Source: Eubacteriales bacterium
GTDB lineage: Bacteria > Bacillota > Clostridia > Oscillospirales > CAG-272
Direction of reading: 5' to 3'
NCBI GenBank assembly: GCA_045632465.1
Contig: JAZQWS010000180.1
Coordinates: 1-59,013 of the forward strand
DNA length: 59,013 nt
Of the stretch, positions 27,743 through 36,854 are shown one piece after another. Made by a program: the position numbers and the translations under genes. The number at the start of each line of letters is the position of its first letter. Positions within the stretch are counted from its first letter, which is position 1. The notes beneath the pieces were generated by a model. That model saw nothing but the letters and a program-made list of their open reading frames with translations. It made no database searches and was not told where the DNA came from.

Positions 27743-27771
27743 TTGCATTCAAGAAAATCCTGTAGTATAAT
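27743..27771 (+). promoter_or_regulatory. sigA-type promoter of the MBL hydrolase gene
   Basis: TTGCAT, 17-nt spacer, TATAAT. Confidence 0.55.
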
Positions 27772-27803
27772 ATAGAAAAACAAACGAAACGGAGATTCCG
27801 ACG

Positions 27804-28634
27804 ATGAAAATAAAAATCATGGGAACGGCGGCATACGAGAGAGTGCCCGCCATGTTCTGCACCTGCGCCGCTTGCGAATACGCAAGAAAAAACAAGGGAA
27901 AAGCCGTGCGCACGCAGGCGCAGACCTTGATCAACGAGGATCTGCTCGTTGACTTCGGGCAGGACAACTATCTGCATTATCTGAACGGCAATTACGATTA
28001 CACGAAGATCCGCGGCCTGATCGTTACACACGCGCACTCGGATCACTTTATGACCAACGAGCTTCTGATGACCTCGGGCGCTTACGGCCACAACGAAATG
28101 GAGAACATCACCGTTGTCGGCGCCAAGGGCGTTAAGGCAAAGTTCGATGCGCTTGAGGGTGAGTGCAAGGTGGATTTTTCTCCCATTGCATACTATGAAA
28201 CCAAGACGGTTGCGGGCTACACGGTGACGGCGCTTCCCGCCTGCCACGGCACGGATGAGCCCACGCTTTACATTATCTCGGACGGAAAAAAGACCGTTCT
28301 TTACAACAACGACACGGGTAGCGTGAAGGAAGAGGTTTACGACTTTATCAAAAAAGGGGGCTATCACTTCGACCTCGTGATCGCGGATTGCACCTACGGC
28401 CTGCTCGGCTACTCCAGCGACGGACATATGTCCATCGAGGACAACGTGGCACACAAGGAGCGCCTCACCGAGATGGGCGCCCTTGATGAAAAGAGCATCT
28501 ACGTGATCACGCACTATTCGCACAACGCCCTCCTCTTCAAGGACGGATCGCCCGCCAGCCCCGAGGATCTCGAAAAAATCGCCGCCGAGCACGGCATGAT
28601 CTCCGCCTACGACGGAATTGCATTCGAAATCTAA
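27804..28634 (+). CDS. MBL-fold metallo-hydrolase (PhnP-like)
   Basis: 'VTHAHSDHF' metallo-beta-lactamase motif and an N-terminal Cys cluster 'CTCAACEYA'. Confidence 0.75.
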   Translation: MKIKIMGTAAYERVPAMFCTCAACEYARKNKGKAVRTQAQTLINEDLLVDFGQDNYLHYLNGNYDYTKIRGLIVTHAHSDHFMTNELLMTSGAYGHNEMENITVVGAKGVKAKFDALEGECKVDFSPIAYYETKTVAGYTVTALPACHGTDEPTLYIISDGKKTVLYNNDTGSVKEEVYDFIKKGGYHFDLVIADCTYGLLGYSSDGHMSIEDNVAHKERLTEMGALDEKSIYVITHYSHNALLFKDGSPASPEDLEKIAAEHGMISAYDGIAFEI

Positions 28635-28671
28635 AAAGGTACGATCATGGAATAAAACAAAGATAGACAAT

Positions 28672-28710
28672 ATAAAAACGCGGATATTTTTGTAATATCC
28701 GCGTTTTTTA
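28672..28710. terminator. bidirectional intrinsic terminator
   Basis: CGCGGATAT (28679-28687) pairs with ATATCCGCG (28695-28703), flanked by an A-run and a T-run. Confidence 0.85.
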
Positions 28711-28718
28711 TATTCAAA

Positions 28719-30038
28719 TTAAACCTCTTCGATAAGATACGTGCCGAAGAGCGGAAGCTTCAAGGTAAGATCGCTTGTGGTAGCAACGAGCTCGCCATTG
28801 TGCTTTTTATCCAAGGCATAAATATTGTATTTTCCTTCTCTGCCGAAATCGAGCTTCACGGTCTTTGCTCTCTTTCCCTCTTCCTCAAAGGAATAGTAAG
28901 TAACGATCGCGATCACCTTGCCATCGGGCTTCACGCCGCAGAGAGAATAGATTCCCTCGGGATCCTTTTCGGCACGGCTCTCGTACGCACAGTCATAGAG
29001 ATTACCGTAGAACTTAAAGGGATAATAGCCCTTCAGCACGTCCTGGAAGATATCGAAAAGTCCGTTGAAGGTTGTGCCGAAGCGCGCATCGTAATACATC
29101 AGCATATCGAGAACATCCGACTTCTGGCAGGCGATCATCGTTGCCATCGTGAAGGCGGCGCCCTTGATGCCCGCGATCATTTTCTTGGAGCGCTTGAAGG
29201 ACTCGCCAACCCAGCCCTCTACGTAGTTCCACTCGTTGAGGATGCTCTCGGCCTCGGTATAACCCGTTTCATCCATAATGGCTCTGGCGACCTTTGCTCT
29301 CTCCACAGCCTTCTCGGGCGTTACGCAATAGATATGCCAGGAGAAGAAGTCGATCGGCGTTCCGACCTTTGCCTGATATGCAAGGAATTCCTTCGACCAT
29401 TCCATATTACCCGCAACGGCAGGGCCACCGATCTTGAGATGCGGGAAGCACTTCTTCAGGTGCTTGGCGGTAATCTCGTAAAGACGGCAGAATTCCTCGG
29501 TTGTTCCTGCCCAGGTGCGCTTATAATCCTGATATACGTCAAGATCCGGCTCATTCCAAATCTCCCAATAGGGCATATCCAGCGTGTAACCATCTGCCCA
29601 GCCCTCGGTATAGTGGCGAATGATATGCTCGCAGATCTCTGCCCATTTCTGAAAATCCTTCGGCGGAAAGATATGGAACTTCTTGATATAGTGCTCGATC
29701 TTCTGGCCAAGGCGATAATAGGTCTTGGTGCCTGCCTCGAGGGTAGCGAGCGTGTATTCATCCGTGCAAGCAAAATCGTAGGAAGCGGGATCATTTACAT
29801 CCGCATCAAAATTCGGGAAGATCGCGGAAATATCCACGGTATGCTCGCCGCCGTAGGATGCGCAAAAGGCCGCATCGTGGTTTCTCGCATAAGGGATACG
29901 AGCCGCTTTATAGGGCAAAAACGTGCCGCCCGTATTCTGGTCGTTTGCGTGGCGCTTATGCACAGGGCCATTGTTCACGCAGCTCATCAGACGGATGGGC
30001 GCAGCATTTTTCGAAAGATCAAACTTTAAAGTTGCCAT
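28719..30038 (-). CDS. clan GH-A (GH39-like) glycoside hydrolase, GC-rich copy
   Basis: 'YWEIWNEPD' (acid/base region) and 'ESILNEWN' (nucleophile region). The track start at 30050 is TTG. ATG 30038 has GGAG 6 nt upstream. Confidence 0.6.
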   Translation of the reverse strand: MATLKFDLSKNAAPIRLMSCVNNGPVHKRHANDQNTGGTFLPYKAARIPYARNHDAAFCASYGGEHTVDISAIFPNFDADVNDPASYDFACTDEYTLATLEAGTKTYYRLGQKIEHYIKKFHIFPPKDFQKWAEICEHIIRHYTEGWADGYTLDMPYWEIWNEPDLDVYQDYKRTWAGTTEEFCRLYEITAKHLKKCFPHLKIGGPAVAGNMEWSKEFLAYQAKVGTPIDFFSWHIYCVTPEKAVERAKVARAIMDETGYTEAESILNEWNYVEGWVGESFKRSKKMIAGIKGAAFTMATMIACQKSDVLDMLMYYDARFGTTFNGLFDIFQDVLKGYYPFKFYGNLYDCAYESRAEKDPEGIYSLCGVKPDGKVIAIVTYYSFEEEGKRAKTVKLDFGREGKYNIYALDKKHNGELVATTSDLTLKLPLFGTYLIEEV

Positions 30039-30082
30039 CTGAATCTCCAATCTTTTTGCCTTTCGGCATAGTTTCTTTTTTG

Positions 30083-30111
30083 ATTATACCATAAGAAAAA
30101 CGAAAAAGCAA
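30083..30111 (-). promoter_or_regulatory. sigA-type promoter of the GC-rich GH gene
   Basis: On the minus strand: TTGCTT (30111-30106), 17-nt spacer, TATAAT (30088-30083) with TGg. Confidence 0.55.
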
Positions 30112-30221
30112 TAGAATTCAAAAAAGAACTGCAATTGGCACAGGGTTCATTCGGAACAAAAATCATACGTAGGCCAATGAAATCAACTTGCAGCTCCCGC
30201 AGAAATGCTTTCCCGGCATTT

Positions 30222-31085
30222 CTACATTCTATAATCATTATTGCGAAAAAACGAACGAAACTGTTTTGGAGATATTGATTTTGATTTTTTAAATAGCGAA
30301 TTGAAATACGTGGTCGACGGGAAACCGCAATCCAAGGCCACCGCGTAAATCGTTTTAGTCGTTTGTATCAATTCTTTTTCAGCGTAAGCCAAACGCACTT
30401 TGTTAATATAGGAAAACAACGTCATCCCGGTAGTCTTTTTGAAAAAGCGGCAAAAATGATATTTGCTCATATTAAAATAGGTGCTGATTTTGTCCAGCGT
30501 AATGTTGCTTGCATAATTCTCGTGAACAAATTTCAGAACGGGAATAATTGCGCCAAGATCATTTTCGGATGCTTTATGCAAAGGTGGAAGCAATCCGTTT
30601 CTTGTCATATAGACAATCGTGTTTAAAACATATGCCTGCAAATTCAGTTCATAAGAGGGTTTCTTGCTATTAAATTCTTCAAAAAAACTCGAAAACACGG
30701 TTGCAAACGCATCATCGCCATCAACCAAACGAAATTTATAAAGCTTTTTTGCTCTAAAAAGAGTATGTAGCATAAGCTCATCTTCGCTCAGATATGATTC
30801 CAAATATTGTTCAATATTGATTTGGATATATAAAAAAGTGCCGTTCTTTGATTTTGGAATGATTTTATGGGGAACGTCCTGACCGATAAAAAGAATTTGC
30901 CCTTTTTCAAGAATAATGGGAGTTTCCTCCACTTGGCAAAGGATCTCCCCCTCGTCCATCCGTATAATTTCAACCTCTGAATGAAAATGCGTATCCTTAT
31001 AAATTCTATCCGTTTCCATATTAACGGTTCTCAGTCGCATTGCCGCAGAAGGCACCATATAATCGACAATTTCTTTTTCCGCCAT
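30222..31085 (-). CDS. AraC-family transcriptional regulator (cupin sensor plus HTH)
   Basis: C-terminal dual HTH ('ISTYFNMSKYHFCRFFKKTTGMTLFSYINKVRLAYAEKEL', 'VALDCGFPSTTYFNSLFKK'). N-terminal cupin-like domain. GGAGG SD. Confidence 0.85.
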   Translation of the reverse strand: MAEKEIVDYMVPSAAMRLRTVNMETDRIYKDTHFHSEVEIIRMDEGEILCQVEETPIILEKGQILFIGQDVPHKIIPKSKNGTFLYIQINIEQYLESYLSEDELMLHTLFRAKKLYKFRLVDGDDAFATVFSSFFEEFNSKKPSYELNLQAYVLNTIVYMTRNGLLPPLHKASENDLGAIIPVLKFVHENYASNITLDKISTYFNMSKYHFCRFFKKTTGMTLFSYINKVRLAYAEKELIQTTKTIYAVALDCGFPSTTYFNSLFKKSKSISPKQFRSFFRNNDYRM

Positions 31086-31102
31086 TCATTCGCCTCCAAT
31101 AA

Positions 31103-31154
31103 AGCAATATAGATGAATAAAAAAGCAATATATATTCTGTTTTTGAGCAATATA
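31103..31154. repeat. three direct AGCAATATA repeats in the divergent araC / ceramidase-like promoter region
   Basis: Copies lie at 31103-31111, 31124-31132 and 31146-31154 (spacing 21 and 22 bp). The third overlaps a possible -35 (TTGAGC 31144-31149). Confidence 0.5.
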
Positions 31155-31235
31155 TTGTAGTATACTATTATTATAACAAAAGCCATTTATAATGTCAAGA
31201 ATCTTAAATACGGTTATGAAATAGGAGAAAATTAT

Positions 31236-32738
31236 ATGAGCCAAGCAAAAATCGGGTGGAGCGAAGTGGATATAACCCCTGCAAAAAGCGCATCGCTCAT
31301 AGGACAGTTTGCAGAAAGAATATCTGAATTCATCGAGAAACCAATTACCGCAACCGCTTTGGCTATCGTATCGGATAATCAACAAATGACTTTGGTTTCG
31401 GTAGATGTAAACGGAATTTCCTATAACCTGGTAAATGCAATTCGAGAAAAAATATCCCAAAACGATCTTGGAATAGACGCTTCAAAGGTTATTTTTTCTG
31501 CCACACATACACATACCGCTCCGACGTATCCAAGATATAATAAAACGGCAGAGTGCGGACTTTATTATACAAACAAGGAGCTTCTTATGCAGGAGCTCCC
31601 CAAAGGAAAGAAGTATGTGGAAAAAACAAATTTGTCTAATAATAAGGATATAATAACTTCAGAAGAATACTTTGATTTTTTAGTTGATAGATTAACAAAG
31701 GTTGCGATTACCGCCTGGGAAAATCTAAAAAACGGAACCTATGTGAATGAATTCGGCAGAGCCCCCGTCGGTATGTGCAGAAGGGTCGTTTATAATGACG
31801 ATTCCGCAAAAATGTGGGGCGATACAAACACAGTCACCTTCAAAGAGATCGAAGGCGGAAGTGACACCGGAATAGAGCTTTTATACTTTTTCAACGACAG
31901 CAAAGAGATAACGGGAATCGTTGTCAATCTTGCTTGTCCCGCGCAATCCGTGCAGCACAGATCGTTTATTTCCCCCGACTTTTGGGGAGAGGTTAAGACT
32001 TTGTTGCGCAATTATTTTGGAAAAGACCTGTTTGTTTTACCACTTTGCTCTATCGCGGGGGATCAGTGCCCTGTAGATTTAATTCGATGGGTCGAGCCGG
32101 AGAGCGAGTTAAATGACCCCAATATTATTAGGAACGCCCCACCAAAAAGAAAAGCAGACCCCTCGATGTTTGATATTTCCGGCATGAAAAAAATCGGAAG
32201 AAGAATTGCTCGCGAGATTATAGACGTGTATGAAAGCATGGCGAATGAGCCAAAAGAAATTTCCGATTTGGTTCATCAGGTGCAGTTTATGCGTCTTCCT
32301 ATAAGACGAGTTACTCCCAAAGACGTTGAAAATGCAAAGAATTCAATTGCCAATTATATTTCAAACAAGCTTGGCGACGTTGACTATAACGATGTTGGCA
32401 ATCTGACAGGGCCTCTCGGCGATTTGCTGAGAGCAAAAATCCAAGAGGTGATGGAAACCTTAGACACTGAGATACACGTGATTCGGATAGATAATATCGC
32501 GATTGCAACAAATCCATTCGAGCCTTTCATAAAATATGGCAACCAGATCAAGGCGCGGAGCAAAGCAGAGCAAACCTTTTTGGTTCAGCTTGCCAATGGT
32601 ATTGAGGGATATATTCCCACACAAAAGGCAGAAAAGGGCGGACATTACAGCGGATTCGCGGCCAGCGGCCTTATAGGTTATCAAGGCGGAGATTTGTTGG
32701 TTAGAGAAACGGTTCGGATCATAAATGAAATGCTTTAA
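31236..32738 (+). CDS. neutral/alkaline ceramidase-like N-terminal-domain hydrolase (substrate unknown)
   Basis: 'IGWSEVDITP' start, 'ATALAIVSD' and 'SATHTHTAPTYP' resemble the ceramidase-fold metal-site region. TAGGAGA SD. Tentative. Confidence 0.45.
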   Translation: MSQAKIGWSEVDITPAKSASLIGQFAERISEFIEKPITATALAIVSDNQQMTLVSVDVNGISYNLVNAIREKISQNDLGIDASKVIFSATHTHTAPTYPRYNKTAECGLYYTNKELLMQELPKGKKYVEKTNLSNNKDIITSEEYFDFLVDRLTKVAITAWENLKNGTYVNEFGRAPVGMCRRVVYNDDSAKMWGDTNTVTFKEIEGGSDTGIELLYFFNDSKEITGIVVNLACPAQSVQHRSFISPDFWGEVKTLLRNYFGKDLFVLPLCSIAGDQCPVDLIRWVEPESELNDPNIIRNAPPKRKADPSMFDISGMKKIGRRIAREIIDVYESMANEPKEISDLVHQVQFMRLPIRRVTPKDVENAKNSIANYISNKLGDVDYNDVGNLTGPLGDLLRAKIQEVMETLDTEIHVIRIDNIAIATNPFEPFIKYGNQIKARSKAEQTFLVQLANGIEGYIPTQKAEKGGHYSGFAASGLIGYQGGDLLVRETVRIINEML

Positions 32739-32836
32739 AGGGCATTTATATCACGAAACGAATCCACCCGCAGATGCGATAATATCGTGAATAAAAAATT
32801 CATATAACAATACATTAAAAAGGACGGTTAAAGCAA

Positions 32837-34129
32837 ATGAGCATTTTGCGCATCAATAGAGATACTAAACTCGAAAAAATCAAGCCGATGCACGCCGTAA
32901 ATAACGGCCCTTGCGGAGAAGGCGGTCGCTCGGGAAACTTTGATTCCTTTAAAAAACTGAAAATCCCCTATGTTCGCAATCACGATGCAAGCTTAACAGA
33001 GGAATACGGTTCTCAGCACTTGGTTGACGTTCATTGCATTTTTACCGATTTTTCAAAATCGTGTGACGATGCGTGCGCATATGATTTTTGCCTGACAGAT
33101 AAATACATATTAAACAATGTTAAAGCAAATTCCGACAATTTCTACCGTCTTGGTTCCAGTATTGAGCATTGGCCAAAAAAATACGGAACGATCGTGCCGA
33201 GCGACTTTTTGAAATGGGCAAAAATCTGTGAGCATATAATTATGCATTATAACGAAGGCTGGGCAAACGGATACCATTTGAATATCATATATTGGGAAAT
33301 TTGGAATGAACCGGATTCGGATCCCGATGATGCCATCAACAAACTAAACTGGAGCGGCACTCGGGCTCAATTCTTTGATTTTTATAATACGGTAGCTACT
33401 TATTTGAAAAACAGGTTTCCCCATCTCAAGTTTGGAGGGCCCGCACTTGCCTACGACCTGGATTGGGCAGACGCTTTCTTAAAACAGCTAAAAGCGCCTC
33501 TCGACTTTTTCTCTTGGCATCTTTACAGCACAAAGCCCGATGATTATGTGAAAAAAGCCGCCGTCATAAGAAATATGCTTGACAAATATGGATATAATGA
33601 TACGGAAAGCATATTGAACGAATATAACCATATCGCAGGATGGTCGGGCGCAGAATTCAAAAACAGCATCAGCGTAATTAAAGGGTTAAAGGGCGCCGCA
33701 TACACGGCGGCAATTATGTGTGCTTGCCAAAATAGCGGTAACGTTGATATGCTGATGTACTACGATGCCCGTATCAGAAAAGTTTATAACGGACTTTTTG
33801 ACAGCGATACACTCGAACCGCTAAAAACGTACTATGTGTTTATGGCATTTTCCGAAATCTACGAAAGTGATACCCAGGTAGAGTGTCAAGGTGACAATGA
33901 TAAAATATATTCGGTTTGTTCCGCGAAAGAGGAAAAGATTAAGCTTCTGATTTCAGCCTACGAAATTTCAGAGCCGAATGAAATCAACATAAAGCTTGGC
34001 AGAGACGGCAAATATGAAATTTTTATAATTGATAATGCGCGCGAGCTTGAAAAAATCCTCTCGTTTGGCGGCAATGAAATTTCTCTTACAATAGAACCAA
34101 ACGAAATATTATTCGTTAAAGAGGTATAA
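32837..34129 (+). CDS. clan GH-A (GH39-like) glycoside hydrolase, low-GC paralogue
   Basis: Shares RNHDA, YRLG, KWA.ICEHII, YWEIWNEPD, FPHLK.GGPA, DFFSWH.Y, ESILNE.N and DMLMYYDAR with the 28719..30038 product. Confidence 0.6.
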   Translation: MSILRINRDTKLEKIKPMHAVNNGPCGEGGRSGNFDSFKKLKIPYVRNHDASLTEEYGSQHLVDVHCIFTDFSKSCDDACAYDFCLTDKYILNNVKANSDNFYRLGSSIEHWPKKYGTIVPSDFLKWAKICEHIIMHYNEGWANGYHLNIIYWEIWNEPDSDPDDAINKLNWSGTRAQFFDFYNTVATYLKNRFPHLKFGGPALAYDLDWADAFLKQLKAPLDFFSWHLYSTKPDDYVKKAAVIRNMLDKYGYNDTESILNEYNHIAGWSGAEFKNSISVIKGLKGAAYTAAIMCACQNSGNVDMLMYYDARIRKVYNGLFDSDTLEPLKTYYVFMAFSEIYESDTQVECQGDNDKIYSVCSAKEEKIKLLISAYEISEPNEINIKLGRDGKYEIFIIDNARELEKILSFGGNEISLTIEPNEILFVKEV

Positions 34130-34193
34130 AGATTGTTTCATCTGTTGGTTTTCAGGGAATACGTTTATCCCCTATGATAAACGATGTTAAAAA

Positions 34194-34240
34194 ATCAGGC
34201 AGCTCAAGTTTTTTGCAACTTGAGCTGCCTGATTTTTATT
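34194..34240. terminator. bidirectional intrinsic terminator
   Basis: 17-bp stem: ATCAGGCAGCTCAAGTT (34194-34210) with AACTTGAGCTGCCTGAT (34217-34233), flanked by an A-run and a T-run. Confidence 0.85.
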
Positions 34241-34275
34241 GCTTTTTACCAAAAGAAACGGTTCTTATTTGTATC

Positions 34276-34995
34276 TCATTTCAAAATTATATCAGCCAGA
34301 TTTCCCTCTTCAAGCTCGCGAAGGAGTCTGTTTCCGCCAAAGCGCATCGAATAACGGTAAAGCGGGCTCTCGGCGGTTTCCTCAAGATAGATATCATAGA
34401 AGGCAACGTAGTTTTTCTCCTCGGGCGCAGGATTCTTTACGATATCCACGTACGGCTTTACGAGGCCGAAGCAAGGCAGAAGAATCATCACGCTGACGAG
34501 AACGCCATGCACAACGCCGATGAGAGCGCCGAAGGCACGCGTAAACTTATTGTTGTTTTTATACGAGAAACCGAGAATGCCGCAGATCAGCATGTGCGGA
34601 AGTCCGAAAATAAGGTTGAAGACCAAAAACAGGCCCATGAACAAGAACGGAAGCACAGCCTCTCTGAGCGTTGCATCCAGAACCGGACCAAGCGAAGCCT
34701 TTTCCAATGCGGCGGGAATCAACGTGCGCACGGCTCTATCGAAGAAGGGGGAACGACCGATCGCGCAGGCAACGAAGAAGGCGGCCAGCACAGCGGCACA
34801 GGCAGAGAACACACGCATCGTTGCTCTGCTGGCACCGCGCTGATAATCAGCAACCATAAAAATGATTACGAAAAGCGCAACGAAGCCGATGCAGGCAAGC
34901 GCAAGATACGCCCCGTTGGTTTTTTCACCCAACAAATTTTTATAAAACCGCAGAGCATCGATTCCGACGCTCGCATAATGCTTCAAAGCATCCAT
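34276..34995 (-). CDS. polytopic membrane protein, possibly CvpA-family
   Basis: About four TM helices. The 'RAFGALIGVVHGVLVSVMILLP' segment is CvpA-like. GGAGGA SD. Confidence 0.4.
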   Translation of the reverse strand: MDALKHYASVGIDALRFYKNLLGEKTNGAYLALACIGFVALFVIIFMVADYQRGASRATMRVFSACAAVLAAFFVACAIGRSPFFDRAVRTLIPAALEKASLGPVLDATLREAVLPFLFMGLFLVFNLIFGLPHMLICGILGFSYKNNNKFTRAFGALIGVVHGVLVSVMILLPCFGLVKPYVDIVKNPAPEEKNYVAFYDIYLEETAESPLYRYSMRFGGNRLLRELEEGNLADIILK

Positions 34996-35125
34996 TGAAT
35001 TCCTCCAAAAACATTGATATTATTTCAAAGAGTTTTCATCTTATTTATAATACATCATTTTTTTCCATTTGTCAAGAAGCAAGCGCGGATTCTATGCATT
35101 TTTTTGCTTTTTTCGCCTTTTTTTA

Positions 35126-35935
35126 TCAAGGAGCAAGAATTACCTCATCCTTATGCGCCTCGATCCAAGCGCGTGTGTACTCCACGCACTCGATGCCGAG
35201 ATCGGCAATGCAGTTGGAGCAGAGGATGATACCATCGATCTTTCCTGCGTGAAGCAAGCGATGATAGAGATCCAGCTGATAGCGCATCTGCTCCGGGGTG
35301 AGAGCGCAATGCTCACCGTAATTCCACATATAGCATCCCGCCATCACGCGCGCCTCGGGGGCCAAAGCGCGGATGCGCTCAATATTCTGCTCGGCGCGAT
35401 CCAAAGCGCTTCCCTTCCAGGTCCAGAAGGAAACCACGTCAAAGGCCTGAAGATATGCGGCTATGTTTTCGATGCTATCCAGCTTATCCTCGTAGCAAAC
35501 CACCCACATATCGAGCTTTCGCCCTGCCTCGGCCGCCATGCGCGCCTTGATCTCGCGAAGTTTTTCGGGCGTGTAATGCGCGATGCGGTGCGGAAGGAAG
35601 AAATCGTCAAAAACGCCGCCCGTAATATTCGGAAACATTTTTGCCTGGCGAATGACCTCCTCCGTGTCACCCCATTCGGTAACGGGCTCGCCGCCTGCGC
35701 CGAGGAGCGACCAGACAACCTCTTTTGCCGGGCGCATGGCAATGGATTCCTGATCATACGGAGGCTGAGGATGCCCCATCATGCGCACGCGGCATATGTT
35801 CGGAATATTGAAATACATCAGCCCCTCCACCGCCGTCATACGGGAATGATCCGGCAGATTATAGGTGTTATTAAACTCCCAATGCGCATCGGGCGACTGT
35901 CCCCAAAGCCAAAGCTTATCACGAAGCGTTGCCAT
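35126..35935 (-). CDS. conserved hypothetical cytoplasmic protein
   Basis: Start chosen at 'MATLRDKLWLWG' (AAGGAG 9 nt upstream) rather than the track's 36001. No motif recognised. Confidence 0.5.
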   Translation of the reverse strand: MATLRDKLWLWGQSPDAHWEFNNTYNLPDHSRMTAVEGLMYFNIPNICRVRMMGHPQPPYDQESIAMRPAKEVVWSLLGAGGEPVTEWGDTEEVIRQAKMFPNITGGVFDDFFLPHRIAHYTPEKLREIKARMAAEAGRKLDMWVVCYEDKLDSIENIAAYLQAFDVVSFWTWKGSALDRAEQNIERIRALAPEARVMAGCYMWNYGEHCALTPEQMRYQLDLYHRLLHAGKIDGIILCSNCIADLGIECVEYTRAWIEAHKDEVILAP

Positions 35936-36133
35936 ATAAAAAAACTCCTTTGAAAGCAAAATAAAATCAATGGGGAATGCTCTTTTTCTCATTTTTTGCA
36001 TTCCCCAACGTATTTATTTTATCATACTGAAAAGGGCTTGTCAATGTTTTTTTGCAATCTTGCGATCTTTTGCTTTCGTTTTTACGAATTATACACATTT
36101 ATCAATTTTTTTAAAGTTTTTTTACAAAAACTG

Positions 36134-36162
36134 TTTATTTTTCATAAAGTTTGTGCTATAAT
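36134..36162 (+). promoter_or_regulatory. extended -10 promoter of hpf
   Basis: TGCTATAAT (36154-36162) with a weak -35, TTTATT (36134-39). Confidence 0.45.
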
Positions 36163-36264
36163 ATAGATACAGAGGAAAACTCCTCTCGTTTTTCCCCGGA
36201 GAGGAGGCCCACTCTGAAACTTTGCGAAAGGGCTGCCGCCGAGGTGCGGCAAAAGGTGCTGATT

Positions 36265-36789
36265 ATGAAGATTACAGTTTACGGAAAGCAAATGACGGTG
36301 CGCGAAAGTCTCAAGACCGTGATCGAAAAGAAGCTTCTCAAATTTGACAAGTTTTTCGGCGCAGACACCGAGGCGATCGTTACCTGCAAGGCACGTAAGG
36401 GGGTTAAAATTCTTGAAATCACCATTCCTTACGGAGGGGCAACCTTCCGCAGCGAGGAAGAGAGCGACACCTTTATCACGGCATTGGATCGCGCCGTGGA
36501 GGGGCTGGAGCGCCAGATCCGAAAGAACAAGACACGCCTTGAAAAAATGATGAAGAAGGGCGCATTCGTGATTGAGGACGACGATGACGATGAATTCGAG
36601 GAGGAAGAGGAATTTAACATTCGCACGAAAACCTATCCGCAAAAGCCGATGTCTCCCAAGGAGGCCATTCTGCAGATGAACCTTCTCGGCCATGCGTTCT
36701 TCGTTTTCCTTGATGACGAAAGCAACGAGGCCTGCGTGGTTTACAAGAGAAAGGACGGCGGCTACGGCTTGATCGTTCCCGAAAAATAA
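36265..36789 (+). CDS. hpf: ribosome hibernation promoting factor (long form)
   Basis: 'MKITVYGKQMTVRESLK..', 'ALDRAVEGLERQIRKNK', an acidic linker, and a C-terminal dimerisation domain 'KPMSPKEAILQMNLLGHAFFVFLD'. Confidence 0.9.
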   Translation: MKITVYGKQMTVRESLKTVIEKKLLKFDKFFGADTEAIVTCKARKGVKILEITIPYGGATFRSEEESDTFITALDRAVEGLERQIRKNKTRLEKMMKKGAFVIEDDDDDEFEEEEEFNIRTKTYPQKPMSPKEAILQMNLLGHAFFVFLDDESNEACVVYKRKDGGYGLIVPEK

Positions 36790-36803
36790 AAGCTTTTTCA
36801 TAT

Positions 36804-36844
36804 ACAAAAGAAGCGGCAATCCATGCGGTTGCCGCTTCTTTTGT
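36804..36844. terminator. bidirectional intrinsic terminator
   Basis: ACAAAAGAAGCGGCAA (36804-36819) pairs with TTGCCGCTTCTTTTGT (36829-36844). It sits between convergent hpf and icd. Confidence 0.85.
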
Positions 36845-36854
36845 ATATATTTGT

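Noticed and set aside
27633-30029. Long ORFs 27633..28670 (-) and 28800..30029 (+), opposite the MBL hydrolase and the GH gene
   Set aside because: They are antisense shadows. The chosen strands carry the HxHxDH and WNEPD motifs and have SDs.
30184-34232. Possible att-like direct repeat flanking the low-GC island (CAACTTGCAGCTCCCG at 30184 against CAACTTGAGCTGCCTG at 34216)
   Set aside because: The match is imperfect, with one indel and one or more mismatches. The right copy is simply one arm of a terminator hairpin. No integrase or transposase is present. It is insufficient as evidence for site-specific insertion.
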